Made by a program: the position numbers and the translations under genes. 64,000 bases of DNA from an uncultured Lachnospiraceae bacterium (GTDB lineage Bacteria > Bacillota > Clostridia > Lachnospirales > Lachnospiraceae), in NCBI GenBank assembly GCA_946546945.1, contig CAMNOU010000012.1, positions 24,014-88,013 of the forward strand. Direction: 5' to 3'. Below are positions 1 through 10,338 of the stretch, one piece after another. How positions within the stretch are numbered: position 1 is the first letter of the stretch; the number at the start of each line of letters is the position of its first letter. The notes beneath the pieces were generated by a model. That model searched no databases. It was not told the origin of the DNA and was given only the letters and a program-made list of their open reading frames with translations.

Positions 1-2536
1 TGATATACGGCACGGTTCTGGATGACCGGGGATTCACTTCAATGACAAAAACCTCTCCATCCATCACGATGAACTGTATGTTTATCAATCCAACCACATG
101 TAAAGCCTCTGCCAGACGCTTTGTATATTCCACAATCGTCTGCCTGGTTTCCTTTGAAATGGTCGGGGCAGGATAAACGGAAATACTGTCTCCGGAATGG
201 ACTCCGGTCCTTTCGATGTGCTCCATGATCCCCGGAATCAGGATGTCTGAGCCGTCGCAGACGGCATCCACCTCGATTTCTTTTCCCATCAGATACTTGT
301 CCACCAGAATCGGATGATCCTGGGCGATCCGGTTAATAATGCCGATAAACTCTTCGATCTCGGAATCGTTGAATGCAATCTGCATTCCCTGTCCGCCCAG
401 TACGTAGGACGGGCGCACCAGAACCGGATAACCGAGCCGGTTTGCCACTTCTTTGGCCTCCTCTGCAGTATAGACCGTTCCGCCGGCAGCTCTGGGGATT
501 CCTGTCTTCTGTAAAATCCCGTCAAACAACTCCCGGTCTTCCGCCGCGTCCACATCTTCCGCTTTTGTCCCAAGAATCGGAACGCCCATTTTCATCAGGT
601 GCTCGGTCAGCTTAATGGCTGTCTGTCCGCCGAACTGCACCACAGCTCCGTCCGGTTTTTCTATATTGACCACATTTTCCACGTCTTCCGGCGTCAGCGG
701 TTCAAAGTACAGCTTATCCGCGATATCAAAATCCGTTGACACCGTTTCCGGGTTGTTATTGATAATGATTGTTTCAAAACCTGCTTTTTTGAAAGCCCAG
801 GTACAGTGAACGCTGCAGAAATCAAATTCGATTCCCTGTCCGATCCGGATCGGCCCGGACCCAAGGACAAGGATCTTCTTTTTATCCGTATCCGGAACTG
901 CCTCATTCTCCCCGTCATAGCAGGAATAGTAGTACGGCGTAGCCGCAGCGAACTCCGCGGCGCAGGTGTCGACCATCTTAAAGGAGGCTGTGATCCCATT
1001 CTCATACCGCATCTGTCTGACATAGGCTTCGCTTTTTCCGGCAAGTCTCGCAATCACACTATCCGGGAACTCAATCCTTTTTGCCTCTTTCAGCAGCCCG
1101 GGTGTCAGAGGTTCGCTGATCAGCCGCCTTTCCATCTCCACGAGAATCCCGATCTTATCAATGAACCATTTATCAATCTTTGTGATTTCATGGATGATAT
1201 CATAGGACATTCCTCTGTGGCACGCTTCCGCAATGACCCAGATCCGCCTGTCATCCACACACTTCAGTTTCGCGACCAGGTCATCATAGGAAAGATCCCT
1301 GTACTCCGATGTAAACAGACTGTCCACATGCTGTTCGAGAGAACGGATTGCTTTCATCAGTGCTCCCTCAAAGTTCGTGCAGATGCTCATGACTTCACCG
1401 GTCGCCTTCATCTGTGTGGTGAGGGTTCTTTTGGCCGTGATGAATTTATCAAAGGGAAGGCGCGGGATCTTTACGACACAATAGTCCAGCATGGGTTCAA
1501 AACATGCACTGGTCTTCTGTGTCACTGCATTTTTGATTTCATCCAGCGTATAGCCGATGGCAATCTTGGCAGCGACCTTCGCAATCGGATATCCGGTCGC
1601 CTTGGAAGCCAGCGCGGAGGAACGACTTACCCTCGGATTCACCTCGATTACACAGTACTCAAAGGATTCTGGGTGGAGCGCATACTGTACATTACATCCG
1701 CCTGTAATGCCCAGTTCCGTTATGATATTGAAAGCAGAGCTTCGAAGCATCTGATATTCCTTGTCTCCCAGTGTCTGCGAGGGCGCTGTCACAATCGAGT
1801 CCCCGGTGTGAACGCCGACCGGGTCGATGTTTTCCATGTTGCAGACCGTGATGCAGTTGCCGGCGGCATCACGCATCACTTCATACTCGATCTCTTTCCA
1901 GCCGGCTATGCAGCGTTCTACCAGAACTTCGCCGACACGGCTGAGGCGAAGCCCGTTGGACAGAATCTCAACCAGTTCTGTCTCATTATTCGCGATTCCG
2001 CCTCCGCTTCCTCCCAGGGTAAATGCCGGGCGGAGCACAACGGGATACCCGATCTGGTTCGTGAACGCGATCCCATCCTCTATGGTATTCACCACCTGTG
2101 AAGCCGCACATGGCTCGTTGATTTTTTCCATGGTATCCTTAAACGCCTGCCGGTCTTCCGCCCGGAATATCGTATCTGCCGTAGCGCCGATCAGACGGAC
2201 ACCGTTTTCTTTTAAAAATCCGGATTCTTCCAGTTCCATGCCAAGATTCAGACCGGCCTGTCCGCCAAGAGTCGGAAGCACACTGTCCGGCTTTTCTTTT
2301 AAAATGATCTTTTTTAAGACATCGACGGTAAGGGGCTCAATATAAACCTGATCCGCGATCTGCTTGTCCGTCATGATGGTAGCAGGATTGGAATTGACCA
2401 GACAGACCTCGATTCCTTCTTCCTTCAGCGACCGGCAGGCCTGGGTGCCGGCATAGTCAAACTCTGCGGCCTGTCCGATCACGATCGGCCCGGATCCGAT
2501 GACCAGAACTTTTTTTATTTCAGGGTTCTTAGGCAT
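1..2536 (-). CDS. carB: carbamoyl-phosphate synthase large subunit, 3' end beyond window
   Basis: Minus-strand frame from ATG at 2536 reads [44 protein letters not shown] and is still open at nt 1 ([19 protein letters not shown]). Absent from the ORF track only because it has no stop in the window. Overlaps the carA stop by 8 nt. Confidence 0.95.
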   Translation of the reverse strand, partial: MPKNPEIKKVLVIGSGPIVIGQAAEFDYAGTQACRSLKEEGIEVCLVNSNPATIMTDKQIADQVYIEPLTVDVLKKIILKEKPDSVLPTLGGQAGLNLGMELEESGFLKENGVRLIGATADTIFRAEDRQAFKDTMEKINEPCAASQVVNTIEDGIAFTNQIGYPVVLRPAFTLGGSGGGIANNETELVEILSNGLRLSRVGEVLVERCIAGWKEIEYEVMRDAAGNCITVCNMENIDPVGVHTGDSIVTAPSQTLGDKEYQMLRSSAFNIITELGITGGCNVQYALHPESFEYCVIEVNPRVSRSSALASKATGYPIAKVAAKIAIGYTLDEIKNAVTQKTSACFEPMLDYCVVKIPRLPFDKFITAKRTLTTQMKATGEVMSICTNFEGALMKAIRSLEQHVDSLFTSEYRDLSYDDLVAKLKCVDDRRIWVIAEACHRGMSYDIIHEITKIDKWFIDKIGILVEMERRLISEPLTPGLLKEAKRIEFPDSVIARLAGKSEAYVRQMRYENGITASFKMVDTCAAEFAAATPYYYSCYDGENEAVPDTDKKKILVLGSGPIRIGQGIEFDFCSVHCTWAFKKAGFETIIINNNPETVSTDFDIADKLYFEPLTPEDVENVVNIEKPDGAVVQFGGQTAIKLTEHLMKMGVPILGTKAEDVDAAEDRELFDGILQKTGIPRAAGGTVYTAEEAKEVANRLGYPVLVRPSYVLGGQGMQIAFNDSEIEEFIGIINRIAQDHPILVDKYLMGKEIEVDAVCDGSDILIPGIMEHIERTGVHSGDSISVYPAPTISKETRQTIVEYTKRLAEALHVVGLINIQFIVMDGEVFVIEVNPRSSRTVPYI

Positions 2537-3605
2537 TCTTTTTCCCTCCCATCATCTCGAGAAAAACATCAAACAGGTATCCCGTATCCTGAGGCCCCGG
2601 ACACGCTTCCGGATGGAACTGAACGGTAAAAATATTCTTGTTTGTGTATTTCAGTCCTTCATTCGTCCCATCGTTGACATTCATAAAAGCCGGTGCGGCA
2701 ATGGCAGGATCAAGCGTACTGGTATCAACTACATACCCGTGATTCTGCGAGGATATATAGACACGCCCGGTCTTCAGATCTTTCACCGGGTGATTCCCCC
2801 CGCGATGGCCGTATTTCAGCCTGTGCGTATTTCCGCCTGTCGCAAGTGCCATCAGCTGATGCCCGAGGCAGATTGCAAACACCGGGATATCGGACTCGTA
2901 TATTTTTCTGACCTCTTCAATAATCGTCCCGCAATCCTTCGGATCACCGGGCCCGTTTGACAGCATGATTCCATCCGGTTGTGCCGCAAGGATCTCTTCT
3001 GCCGGTGTCAGGGCCGGATAGACAGTCACCTCACATCCCCGCCGGTTCAGGGAAGCCGCAATATTCTTTTTCGCTCCGAAATCAAGCAGTGCCACTTTAT
3101 AACCATTCCCGGGAAGAACGTATTTCTCCCTGCATGTGACCTTTTCTACGACTTTACCGGTGGTATAGGTCTTCAGTTTGGGAAGAACCTCCTCCAGATC
3201 ATAGTCTGCATTCGAAGTGATCATCCCATTCATCGTTCCCTTTTCACGAAGGATCTTCGTCAGAGCTCTCGTATCAATACCGGCAATGCCCGGAATGTCA
3301 TGTCCCAGCAGGAAATCCTGAATGGATTTCTGACAGCGGAAATTGCTGGGCATCCTGGAAAGTTCCCGCACGATCAGCCCATCCAGCCACGGGCGGTCAG
3401 ATTCCATATCCGGAGTGATCCCGTAATTCCCGATCAGCGGATAAGTCATGGTCACCGCCTGCCCGGCATAGGAGGGATCTGTCAGGACTTCCAGATAGCC
3501 GGTCATGGAGGTATTGAACACAATCTCACTGATTACTTCTCTGGAAGAACCGATCCGGTTTCCCGTAAATACTGTTCCGTCTTCTAAAATTAGAAAAGCT
3601 TTCAT
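2529..3605 (-). CDS. carA: carbamoyl-phosphate synthase small (glutaminase) subunit
   Basis: 358 aa. [16 protein letters not shown]-terminus, and the ICLGHQL triad-cysteine motif of class I amidotransferases. Sits directly upstream of carB. Confidence 0.95.
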   Translation of the reverse strand: MKAFLILEDGTVFTGNRIGSSREVISEIVFNTSMTGYLEVLTDPSYAGQAVTMTYPLIGNYGITPDMESDRPWLDGLIVRELSRMPSNFRCQKSIQDFLLGHDIPGIAGIDTRALTKILREKGTMNGMITSNADYDLEEVLPKLKTYTTGKVVEKVTCREKYVLPGNGYKVALLDFGAKKNIAASLNRRGCEVTVYPALTPAEEILAAQPDGIMLSNGPGDPKDCGTIIEEVRKIYESDIPVFAICLGHQLMALATGGNTHRLKYGHRGGNHPVKDLKTGRVYISSQNHGYVVDTSTLDPAIAAPAFMNVNDGTNEGLKYTNKNIFTVQFHPEACPGPQDTGYLFDVFLEMMGGKKNA

Positions 3606-3651
3606 ATTCGGTCCTCTTTCTCTGTTATCATTCCTGAATCATATGTTTTCT

Positions 3652-3691
3652 CAGAAAAAGTGGCGGAACCTTTCAAAAGATTCAGCCACTT
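3652..3691 (-). terminator. rho-independent terminator after serS
   Basis: Minus strand reads AAGUGGCUGAAUCU-UUUGAA-AGGUUCCGCCACUU followed by UUUCU, 40 nt downstream of the serS stop. Confidence 0.6.
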
Positions 3692-3732
3692 TCCATCAAT
3701 CGCAGATGGGAAACGGATTCTCATCTGACTGG

Positions 3733-5010
3733 TTACTCAATTTTGGTCTTGCCGCCCATGTACGGCTGAAGCACCTTCGGAATATTCACGGTGCCGTCCT
3801 CATTCAGGTTGTTCTCCAGAAAAGCGATCAGCATTCTCGGAGGAGCAACGACTGTATTGTTCAAAGTATGTGCAAAATACTTTCCGTTTTTGCCTTTTAC
3901 ACGAATACGAAGTCTTCTGGCCTGCGCATCGCCCAGATTGGAACAGCTTCCGACTTCAAAATACTTCTTCTGTCTCGGAGACCATGCCTCTACATCTACA
4001 GATTTCACCTTGAGATCCGCAAGGTCACCGGAACAGCACTCCAGAGTGCGGACAGGAATATCCATGCTTCTGAAAAGATCAACGGTATTCTGCCACAGTT
4101 TGTCGAACCACATCGGTGATTCTTCCGGTCTGCAGACAACAATCATTTCCTGTTTTTCAAACTGATGGATACGGTAAACACCGCGTTCCTCGATGCCATG
4201 AGCCCCTTTCTCCTTTCTGAAGCACGGAGAATAGCTGGTCAGGGTCTTCGGGAGTTCTTCCTCATCGAGCATCTCATCAATGAATCTGCCGATCATAGAA
4301 TGCTCGGAAGTGCCGATCAGATAAAGATCTTCCCCTTCAATCTTATACATCATGGCGTCCATCTCATCGAAACTCATAACACCGGTAACCACATTGCTTC
4401 GGATCATGAAAGGAGGGATACAGTAAGTAAATCCCCTGTCAATCATAAAGTCACGGGCATAAGCAGTCACAGCAGAATGCAGTCTCGCGATATCCCCCTG
4501 CAGATAATAAAATCCATTCCCGGCAACACGTCTGGCCGCATCCAGATCAATGCCGTTGAATTTTTCCATGATTTCTGTATGATAAGGAATCTCAAAATCC
4601 GGAACAACGGGCTCCCCGAAACGCTGAACCTCAACATTTTCAGAGTCATCTTTTCCGATCGGTACAGAAGGATCGATGATATTCGGGATCGTCATCATGA
4701 TCTTCGTTACCTTTTCCTGAAGCTCTGTTTCTTTAGCCTCGAGCTCTTTTAAAGTCTCCGCGTCCTTTTCCACCTGGGCTTTCAGAGCCATTCCTTCTTC
4801 TTTTTTGCCCTGTCCCATCAGTGCGCCAATCTGTTTCGAAATCTTGTTGCGGTTTGCGCGAAGATCATCCGCCTGCTGCTTCACGGCGCGCGCTTCTGCA
4901 TCCAGAGTGATCACTTCGTCAACCAGCGGAAGCTTGTGATCCTGGAATTTATTCCGGATGTTCTGTTTTACAATATCCGGGTTCTCTCTTAAAAACTTAA
5001 TATCGATCAT
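3733..5010 (-). CDS. serS: serine--tRNA ligase
   Basis: 425 aa. MIDIKFLRENPDIVKQNIRNK N-terminal coiled-coil arm, followed by a class II aaRS core. Confidence 0.95.
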   Translation of the reverse strand: MIDIKFLRENPDIVKQNIRNKFQDHKLPLVDEVITLDAEARAVKQQADDLRANRNKISKQIGALMGQGKKEEGMALKAQVEKDAETLKELEAKETELQEKVTKIMMTIPNIIDPSVPIGKDDSENVEVQRFGEPVVPDFEIPYHTEIMEKFNGIDLDAARRVAGNGFYYLQGDIARLHSAVTAYARDFMIDRGFTYCIPPFMIRSNVVTGVMSFDEMDAMMYKIEGEDLYLIGTSEHSMIGRFIDEMLDEEELPKTLTSYSPCFRKEKGAHGIEERGVYRIHQFEKQEMIVVCRPEESPMWFDKLWQNTVDLFRSMDIPVRTLECCSGDLADLKVKSVDVEAWSPRQKKYFEVGSCSNLGDAQARRLRIRVKGKNGKYFAHTLNNTVVAPPRMLIAFLENNLNEDGTVNIPKVLQPYMGGKTKIE

Positions 5011-5042
5011 AACTATCTCCTGCAGAATTTTTTATCTTTTCA

Positions 5043-5071
5043 ATTATACACTCATTATCCGGCCGGTTCAA
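5043..5071 (-). promoter_or_regulatory. sigma-A type promoter for serS
   Basis: Minus strand TTGAAC, 17-nt spacer, TATAAT. It lies ~30 nt upstream of the serS ATG, so the leader is too short for a T-box. Confidence 0.55.
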
Positions 5072-5090
5072 GTCCTTTGTAAAAAACAGA

Positions 5091-6344
5091 TTACTCCCGG
5101 CGAAGAGCTTCAATTGGCTTCAGGTTTGCCGCCTTGTAGGAAGGAAGCAGCCCGAACAGGATGCCGATGACCATGGAGAATACAACTGCAATGATGATGG
5201 CGGGAATACTGATAGCGACCGGTGTTCCGCTGATTCTGGATATCACCTCAGCCAGAATGATTCCGACGACAACTCCGATCACACCTCCCAGGCTGGTAAG
5301 CGCAGCTGCTTCGGTCAGGAACTGCCCGAGGATATGACTCTTCTGTGCTCCGATTGCTTTCTTCAGTCCGATTTCCTGCGTTCGTTCTGTGACAGATACC
5401 AGCATGATATTCATTACGCCGATTCCGCCGACGATCAGAGAAATGCCGGCAATCCAGATCAGCATGGTGTTGGTAGACTGACTCAGCTGCTGAATCTCAC
5501 GCGCCTGCTCCAGCAGATTCTGTCCCTTATACTGGATGGTATCGTCCTTCACAGATAGATCCGCGTTCAGACTGTCCGCAGCTGCCTGCCCCACCGATGC
5601 CATGGAATCGGTGTCCACGCTCTGTATAATCAGGTTCTGCGGCTCATCATAAGTGTAAATGATCGGCCACGCGGTGGACGGGATATAGACTCTCCCGCTG
5701 GCATCCTGCTGATAGGTATAATAATCCTCGATTGTGTTGATAACAGGCTCGAATCCGCTTTGCTGTCCGGCCACTCCGACCACGACGAATGGTTCACTCA
5801 TAATTTCAACCGTCTTTCCGACAGGATCTTCTCCCTGAAACAGGGATGCGGCGGAATCTTCGTCCAGTACAGCGACCTTCCGGAAACGATCGTAGTCGTT
5901 CCGGTCAAATCCTCTTCCTCGTTTTATGATCAGTCCGCAGGTGTCAAAATACTCTGTCTCCACTCCCATGACATATCCGCCGGAAAGAGCGATGTTCTTG
6001 TAATAGACCGCATTATATCCCTGTCTGCTTGTATACAGGGAGGCCTTCTCAACGCCCTCAATTTTGCGTATTTCATCCAGTTTCTCCTGCGAGATTTCCG
6101 GTACGCCCTCCGGCACGCCGTTGTAGTCCATCTCATACGTCCATTCATCCTGATACAGTTCCACCTTGACCGTATTATTACCGGAACCGATGAGATTCTG
6201 TTTGATCTGTTCATTGGTTCCCTGGATGGTGGAAACAATGGCAATGATTGCTGCGATACCGATAATAATGCCCAGCATTGTCAAAAAGGAACGCATTTTG
6301 TGGGACCAGATTCCCTGAAAAGATAATCGTATATTTTCAATCAT
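5091..6344 (-). CDS. ABC transporter permease, MacB/FtsX family
   Basis: 417 aa. N-terminal TM helix, large extracytoplasmic domain, and C-terminal FtsX-type 3-TM bundle (GIGVMNIMLVSVTERTQEIGLKKAIGA). Confidence 0.9.
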   Translation of the reverse strand: MIENIRLSFQGIWSHKMRSFLTMLGIIIGIAAIIAIVSTIQGTNEQIKQNLIGSGNNTVKVELYQDEWTYEMDYNGVPEGVPEISQEKLDEIRKIEGVEKASLYTSRQGYNAVYYKNIALSGGYVMGVETEYFDTCGLIIKRGRGFDRNDYDRFRKVAVLDEDSAASLFQGEDPVGKTVEIMSEPFVVVGVAGQQSGFEPVINTIEDYYTYQQDASGRVYIPSTAWPIIYTYDEPQNLIIQSVDTDSMASVGQAAADSLNADLSVKDDTIQYKGQNLLEQAREIQQLSQSTNTMLIWIAGISLIVGGIGVMNIMLVSVTERTQEIGLKKAIGAQKSHILGQFLTEAAALTSLGGVIGVVVGIILAEVISRISGTPVAISIPAIIIAVVFSMVIGILFGLLPSYKAANLKPIEALRRE

Positions 6345-6356
6345 AAAGCGCTCCTC

Positions 6357-8135
6357 CTAATAATCCATCTCTGATTCAACGGCACGGACACCTTCCTTCG
6401 CAGTTTTCCCATAGGGGAAGGCCACAAGATCCTCCATTCCGATCCCGGATTTTATTTCCACGGACTGGCCGTAAATGGTCCGGCCTGTTTTGACATACTG
6501 CTTCACCAGCCGGCTGTTTTCATCCGCCTTGTACACGTAGGAAACCCCGTTTCCCGTTCTGACATATGCCTTTGGCAGATAGATGGTATCTGCGCCGTCT
6601 TCACTGCCGACTGTCATGGTAAGATCCACATATTCGCCGTTTTGCAGTCCTGCCGTATCCTCGATATAAGCCGTATACGGATAGTAGGAAACATTGGAAT
6701 TCCCTTCTCCGCTGTATGCCTCCGCATTCGACGCGGGATAATCCATGATCTCCGTGATTTTGGCTTCACAGCTCACCCCGCTCTCCCAGGAATTCACCTG
6801 AACCGGCTGTCCGGGCTTCACCTGGTCCAGCAGCAGCTCGCTTAAGAAACCGGTCACATACAGGCCCTCCGAACCGGCCACTTCCATAAACGGAGCTGTG
6901 TCATCGTCTCTTTCTTCCATATCCTTCAGATTTTTCACTTCTCCGTTTACTGTGGCATAGATGGTTCCGTCGGTGCTCTTGGCCTTCAGTTTCTCCACTT
7001 CCAGTTCTGCCTTTCGCTTTGACAGATCCAGATCCTTCAGTTTCTGCTCACATTCTGCAATCTGATCCTGAATCTCTTCTTTTGTATATCCGTCATCTAT
7101 AAACTCATTATAAGATTCGAAATCATCGCCGGGATCCAGTTCTTCATCCCCGGTTATTCCGTCATCGATGTTATCTGATTCACCATCTCCGTGGTTCTCT
7201 CCCTGCCCAGGTTCTTGCTCTGTCTCATTTTTATTTGATGAGTCGTTATTTTCTTCCCCAGGTTTCTTTGAGCTGCCGTTTTCCTCTTCGCCCGTTTTCC
7301 CCGGATCCTGCGTATTCTCTCCACCGGGAGCCGGCTCCGCAGGATTTTCTTCTGTGATCTGCGTCCCTTCTCTTACGCTCCATTTGGATCCTTCCTCAGG
7401 AACCTTTCTCAGGAAATCATCAACAGACCGGGTGACGGTCACTTTGCCTTCCACCGCATTATTCTCATGGATTTCGAAATAGGCAGTGATATTCTTCTCT
7501 GCTAGAGACTGAAGGACCTCGCCCAAAATGTAGGCGTCTTCCGTACAGATATATCGATACGGTTTTTCCGGCGTCCCGTCTGCCTCATCCTGATTATAGG
7601 GGATCGCGTTCATATCAATATAACGATAGGCGTCTTTGTCTTTTTCCGGTTCCGCATTTTCCTGCCGGGCCGTCTTTATAAAGCCCGCCGCGCCATTTGG
7701 AGTCGGTACGATCTCGCCTGTGGAACGGGATGTCCCCGGCTTCATATTTTTCCATTTTTTCAGATCATTTTCAGCCAGCTTAATCTGATTTGCAAGATTT
7801 TCTACTTCGAGAACCTTCATCTCATATTCCAGTTTCGAGGCACGGGTATCCAGCTCAAGAAGCTTATCTCCGATATTCACATGCTGCCCGTCTTCCACAA
7901 AGACCTCTTTGATCGTATCCGTCTTTGGCACGTAGACAAACTGTGAATAATCATTTGTCACCTGTCCGGAACTGTATACCTCATCTCCCCAGTAGCTGTC
8001 TGTAAGGCTGCTGACCGCCGTGACTTTTGCGGTACGGTTGCTGCGCTGATAGTGAAGGCCTCCGGTAATCCCTCCGGCAGCAACGGCTGCCGCAACAGTT
8101 GCAATCAGAATGCGTTTCACGATTTTATTCTTCAT
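6357..8135 (-). CDS. HlyD/MacA-like membrane-fusion (periplasmic adaptor) protein with long acidic insert
   Basis: 592 aa. Has a signal-anchor, a lipoyl-like motif (VEDGQHVNIGDKLLELD) and coiled coils. A ~110-aa D/E/G/N-rich low-complexity segment is inserted. Confidence 0.8.
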   Translation of the reverse strand: MKNKIVKRILIATVAAAVAAGGITGGLHYQRSNRTAKVTAVSSLTDSYWGDEVYSSGQVTNDYSQFVYVPKTDTIKEVFVEDGQHVNIGDKLLELDTRASKLEYEMKVLEVENLANQIKLAENDLKKWKNMKPGTSRSTGEIVPTPNGAAGFIKTARQENAEPEKDKDAYRYIDMNAIPYNQDEADGTPEKPYRYICTEDAYILGEVLQSLAEKNITAYFEIHENNAVEGKVTVTRSVDDFLRKVPEEGSKWSVREGTQITEENPAEPAPGGENTQDPGKTGEEENGSSKKPGEENNDSSNKNETEQEPGQGENHGDGESDNIDDGITGDEELDPGDDFESYNEFIDDGYTKEEIQDQIAECEQKLKDLDLSKRKAELEVEKLKAKSTDGTIYATVNGEVKNLKDMEERDDDTAPFMEVAGSEGLYVTGFLSELLLDQVKPGQPVQVNSWESGVSCEAKITEIMDYPASNAEAYSGEGNSNVSYYPYTAYIEDTAGLQNGEYVDLTMTVGSEDGADTIYLPKAYVRTGNGVSYVYKADENSRLVKQYVKTGRTIYGQSVEIKSGIGMEDLVAFPYGKTAKEGVRAVESEMDY

Positions 8136-8859
8136 CTGCGGTCACCTCCTTTACAGCATCCGGCGTCTCTTCCGAAGCCGGACGTTTGGCCGCATCATCC
8201 CAGATCCGGCCGTCTATAATACGGACGACACGTTTTGCATTGGAGGCTATCTTCTCGTCATGGGTAATCATGACGACTGTCACGCCCTCTTCATTCAGCT
8301 TTTTGAAAAGCTCCATAATCTGTTTCCCGGAAACGGAATCCAGCGCTCCGGTCGGCTCATCCGCCAGCAGGATCTTCGGGTTGTTTACCATCGCCCGGGC
8401 AATGGCCACGCGCTGTTTCTGCCCGCCGGAGAGCTGTGTCGGTTTGTAGCTGACCCGGTCGGCCAGCCCGACTCTTTCCAGTGCCGCTTCCGCTCTCTTC
8501 TGGCGTTCCTGTTTTTTCACTCCCGCATAGATCAGGGGCAGTGCTACATTTTCCAAAGCATTTTCCCGCGGCAGCAGATGAAAGCTCTGAAATACGAAAC
8601 CAATGCTTCGAAGTCTTACATTTGCCAGCTCTTTATCTCTGTATTTCAGAACATCCTCCCCATTCAGTTCATAGGTCCCGCTGGTCGGAAGATCCAGGCA
8701 TCCGATAATATTCATAAGGGTAGTCTTGCCGGAACCGGAAGGTCCCATGATGGCAACATACTCCCCTTCCTCCACCTGGAGAGTGACATCCTTCAGGACA
8801 GGTGTGACCAGTTTATCCTGTTCATAATCCTTGTAAATGTGACTTAAATTCAGGATCAT
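8125..8859 (-). CDS. ABC transporter ATP-binding protein (MacB-type NBD)
   Basis: 244 aa. Walker A GPSGSGKTT, signature LSGGQKQRVAIARA, Walker B ILLADEPTGALD. Confidence 0.95.
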   Translation of the reverse strand: MILNLSHIYKDYEQDKLVTPVLKDVTLQVEEGEYVAIMGPSGSGKTTLMNIIGCLDLPTSGTYELNGEDVLKYRDKELANVRLRSIGFVFQSFHLLPRENALENVALPLIYAGVKKQERQKRAEAALERVGLADRVSYKPTQLSGGQKQRVAIARAMVNNPKILLADEPTGALDSVSGKQIMELFKKLNEEGVTVVMITHDEKIASNAKRVVRIIDGRIWDDAAKRPASEETPDAVKEVTADEE

Positions 8860-10238
8860 TGTTCTTCCTCCACGTCCATTCCTTCCATATCCGGCTCTTC
8901 CATGCCCTGCATGTCTTCGCCTTCTATGCCCTGCATATCTTCGCCTTCCATGCCCTGCATATCCTCGCCTTCTATGCCCTGCATATCCTCGCCTTCTATG
9001 CCCTGCATATCTTCCATATCGGCACTGTACATATCGTCAGACATCTCATTCATAAGGCTGGATTCTTCTATGTTTTCTGTCGTTTTCATGCCTTCGGACA
9101 GGGACGGCTGTGCCCACGCGATCAGATCGTCTTGCGTGAGTCCGGAAAGGATTTCATACATATCCAGTTCTTCGTTGTATTCCCCGAGCTCAACAGTGCG
9201 TTTTTCCAGTCTTCCATTGCCATTATCGGCCCACACATAAGGTGTCTCCGCCTCATCCTGCACAATATAACTGCTGTATAGCCAGAGTCCTTCTGTTTCG
9301 GAATCCTGTCCCTCATCCAGCTCTATGTAAACATGCTGGCCAAGCATCAGTCCGTCACTGGAAGACAGGCTGATATAAAACGGATATTTGGTAGATTTTG
9401 CATCCGAATCGGAAGACTCCCCCATGTAATTATTATTGCTGTCTTTTTCCTGATTATCCGTATCTATATTTTCAATCGTGCCATACCAGACCGCATTGCT
9501 GTCCACGCGGGAACGAAGGATCACGGGAGCACCCTCTTCCAGCATCCATACGTTGGTCTCATTCACAACACCCTTGACTCTGTAGTCACCGGTTGTGAGG
9601 ATGGACATGAACGGTTTTGCATTCCCGTAATTGTCCATCTCATTGTCCTGATTGATGGATTTGACCACGCCGTTGATCTTGCTGGTGACCGTTGATTCCG
9701 ACAAAGTATTCTGAAGCTTCTCGATCTCCATCTTTTTACTTTCCTGGCTGTACTCCGCCTGTTTGATCTGTGTCTCCAGACTCTGGATCTGCACCGTATA
9801 GCTGAACTGTTCATCCTTGGACACGGTGTTCTTTTCCGCGTTCAGAGCCTTGATCTGGCTGTTGTACCCGGTAATCTCATTGCCGATCTCCTCCAGTTCG
9901 AGCTTCGCCTGCGCTACCTGAAGAGTCAGATCCGTCGTATCATATTCAAACAGGGGCATGCCTTCTGTGACTTCATCCCCCTCCTGAACAAACACTTCCT
10001 TTACTGTCTGCTCAGATGCAAGGGAAATATCCCAGGTCTTCTGGGACTCCACCACGCCGGAATACCGGTTCTGGGCGCCCGCATTCTTTGTGTCCATGAC
10101 TTCCGCTACAGACTCCACATAAGCCGCATCCCCGCCGCCCGTTTTCTGTCTGTTATGCCGGAACCAGAACAATACGCATGCCGCAGCTGCAATGATTATG
10201 ATAATGATAACAATGATCTTCTTTCTCTTTTTTCCCAT
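8856..10238 (-). CDS. second HlyD-family membrane-fusion protein with C-terminal acidic octapeptide repeats
   Basis: The ORF runs to 10304, but the likely start is ATG at 10238 (MGKKRKKIIVIIIII signal-anchor, upstream AGAGGGG). Has a lipoyl motif VQEGDEVTEGMPLFEYD and a C-terminal (GEDMQGIE)n tail. Confidence 0.8.
   Translation of the reverse strand: MGKKRKKIIVIIIIIIAAAACVLFWFRHNRQKTGGGDAAYVESVAEVMDTKNAGAQNRYSGVVESQKTWDISLASEQTVKEVFVQEGDEVTEGMPLFEYDTTDLTLQVAQAKLELEEIGNEITGYNSQIKALNAEKNTVSKDEQFSYTVQIQSLETQIKQAEYSQESKKMEIEKLQNTLSESTVTSKINGVVKSINQDNEMDNYGNAKPFMSILTTGDYRVKGVVNETNVWMLEEGAPVILRSRVDSNAVWYGTIENIDTDNQEKDSNNNYMGESSDSDAKSTKYPFYISLSSSDGLMLGQHVYIELDEGQDSETEGLWLYSSYIVQDEAETPYVWADNGNGRLEKRTVELGEYNEELDMYEILSGLTQDDLIAWAQPSLSEGMKTTENIEESSLMNEMSDDMYSADMEDMQGIEGEDMQGIEGEDMQGMEGEDMQGIEGEDMQGMEEPDMEGMDVEEEQ
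8901..9020. repeat. 24-nt tandem repeat x5 inside a CDS
   Basis: Units catgccctgcat(g/a)tc(t/c)tcgccttc at 8901, 8925, 8949, 8973 and 8997 (the last is degenerate). In frame, they encode EDMQGIEG repeats. Confidence 0.9.
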
Positions 10239-10338
10239 TATAAATAACAAACCCCTCTTTCTAAAAAAATGGCTACAGATAGAATTCTGTAACCATTTTA
10301 TCACACTACTTCTCTTTTTTTTCTTAATTCTTACTTAA

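Noticed and set aside
806-2101. 431-aa plus-strand ORF, with neighbours 1827..2345 and 2499..2960
   Set aside because: It is antisense to the clearly recognisable carB/carA reading frames. The translation is low-complexity and R/H/C-rich, with no RBS.
5011-5090. T-box leader or tRNA-like element upstream of serS (GGTTCAAGTCC resembles a T-loop)
   Set aside because: The spacer is only 80 nt and is taken up by a canonical promoter. The flanks of the T-loop-like string cannot form a T-stem or an acceptor stem.
8877-9020. Possible CRISPR-like or minisatellite array
   Set aside because: The repeats are directly tandem with no spacers, and they are in frame within an adaptor-protein gene. No cas genes are present.
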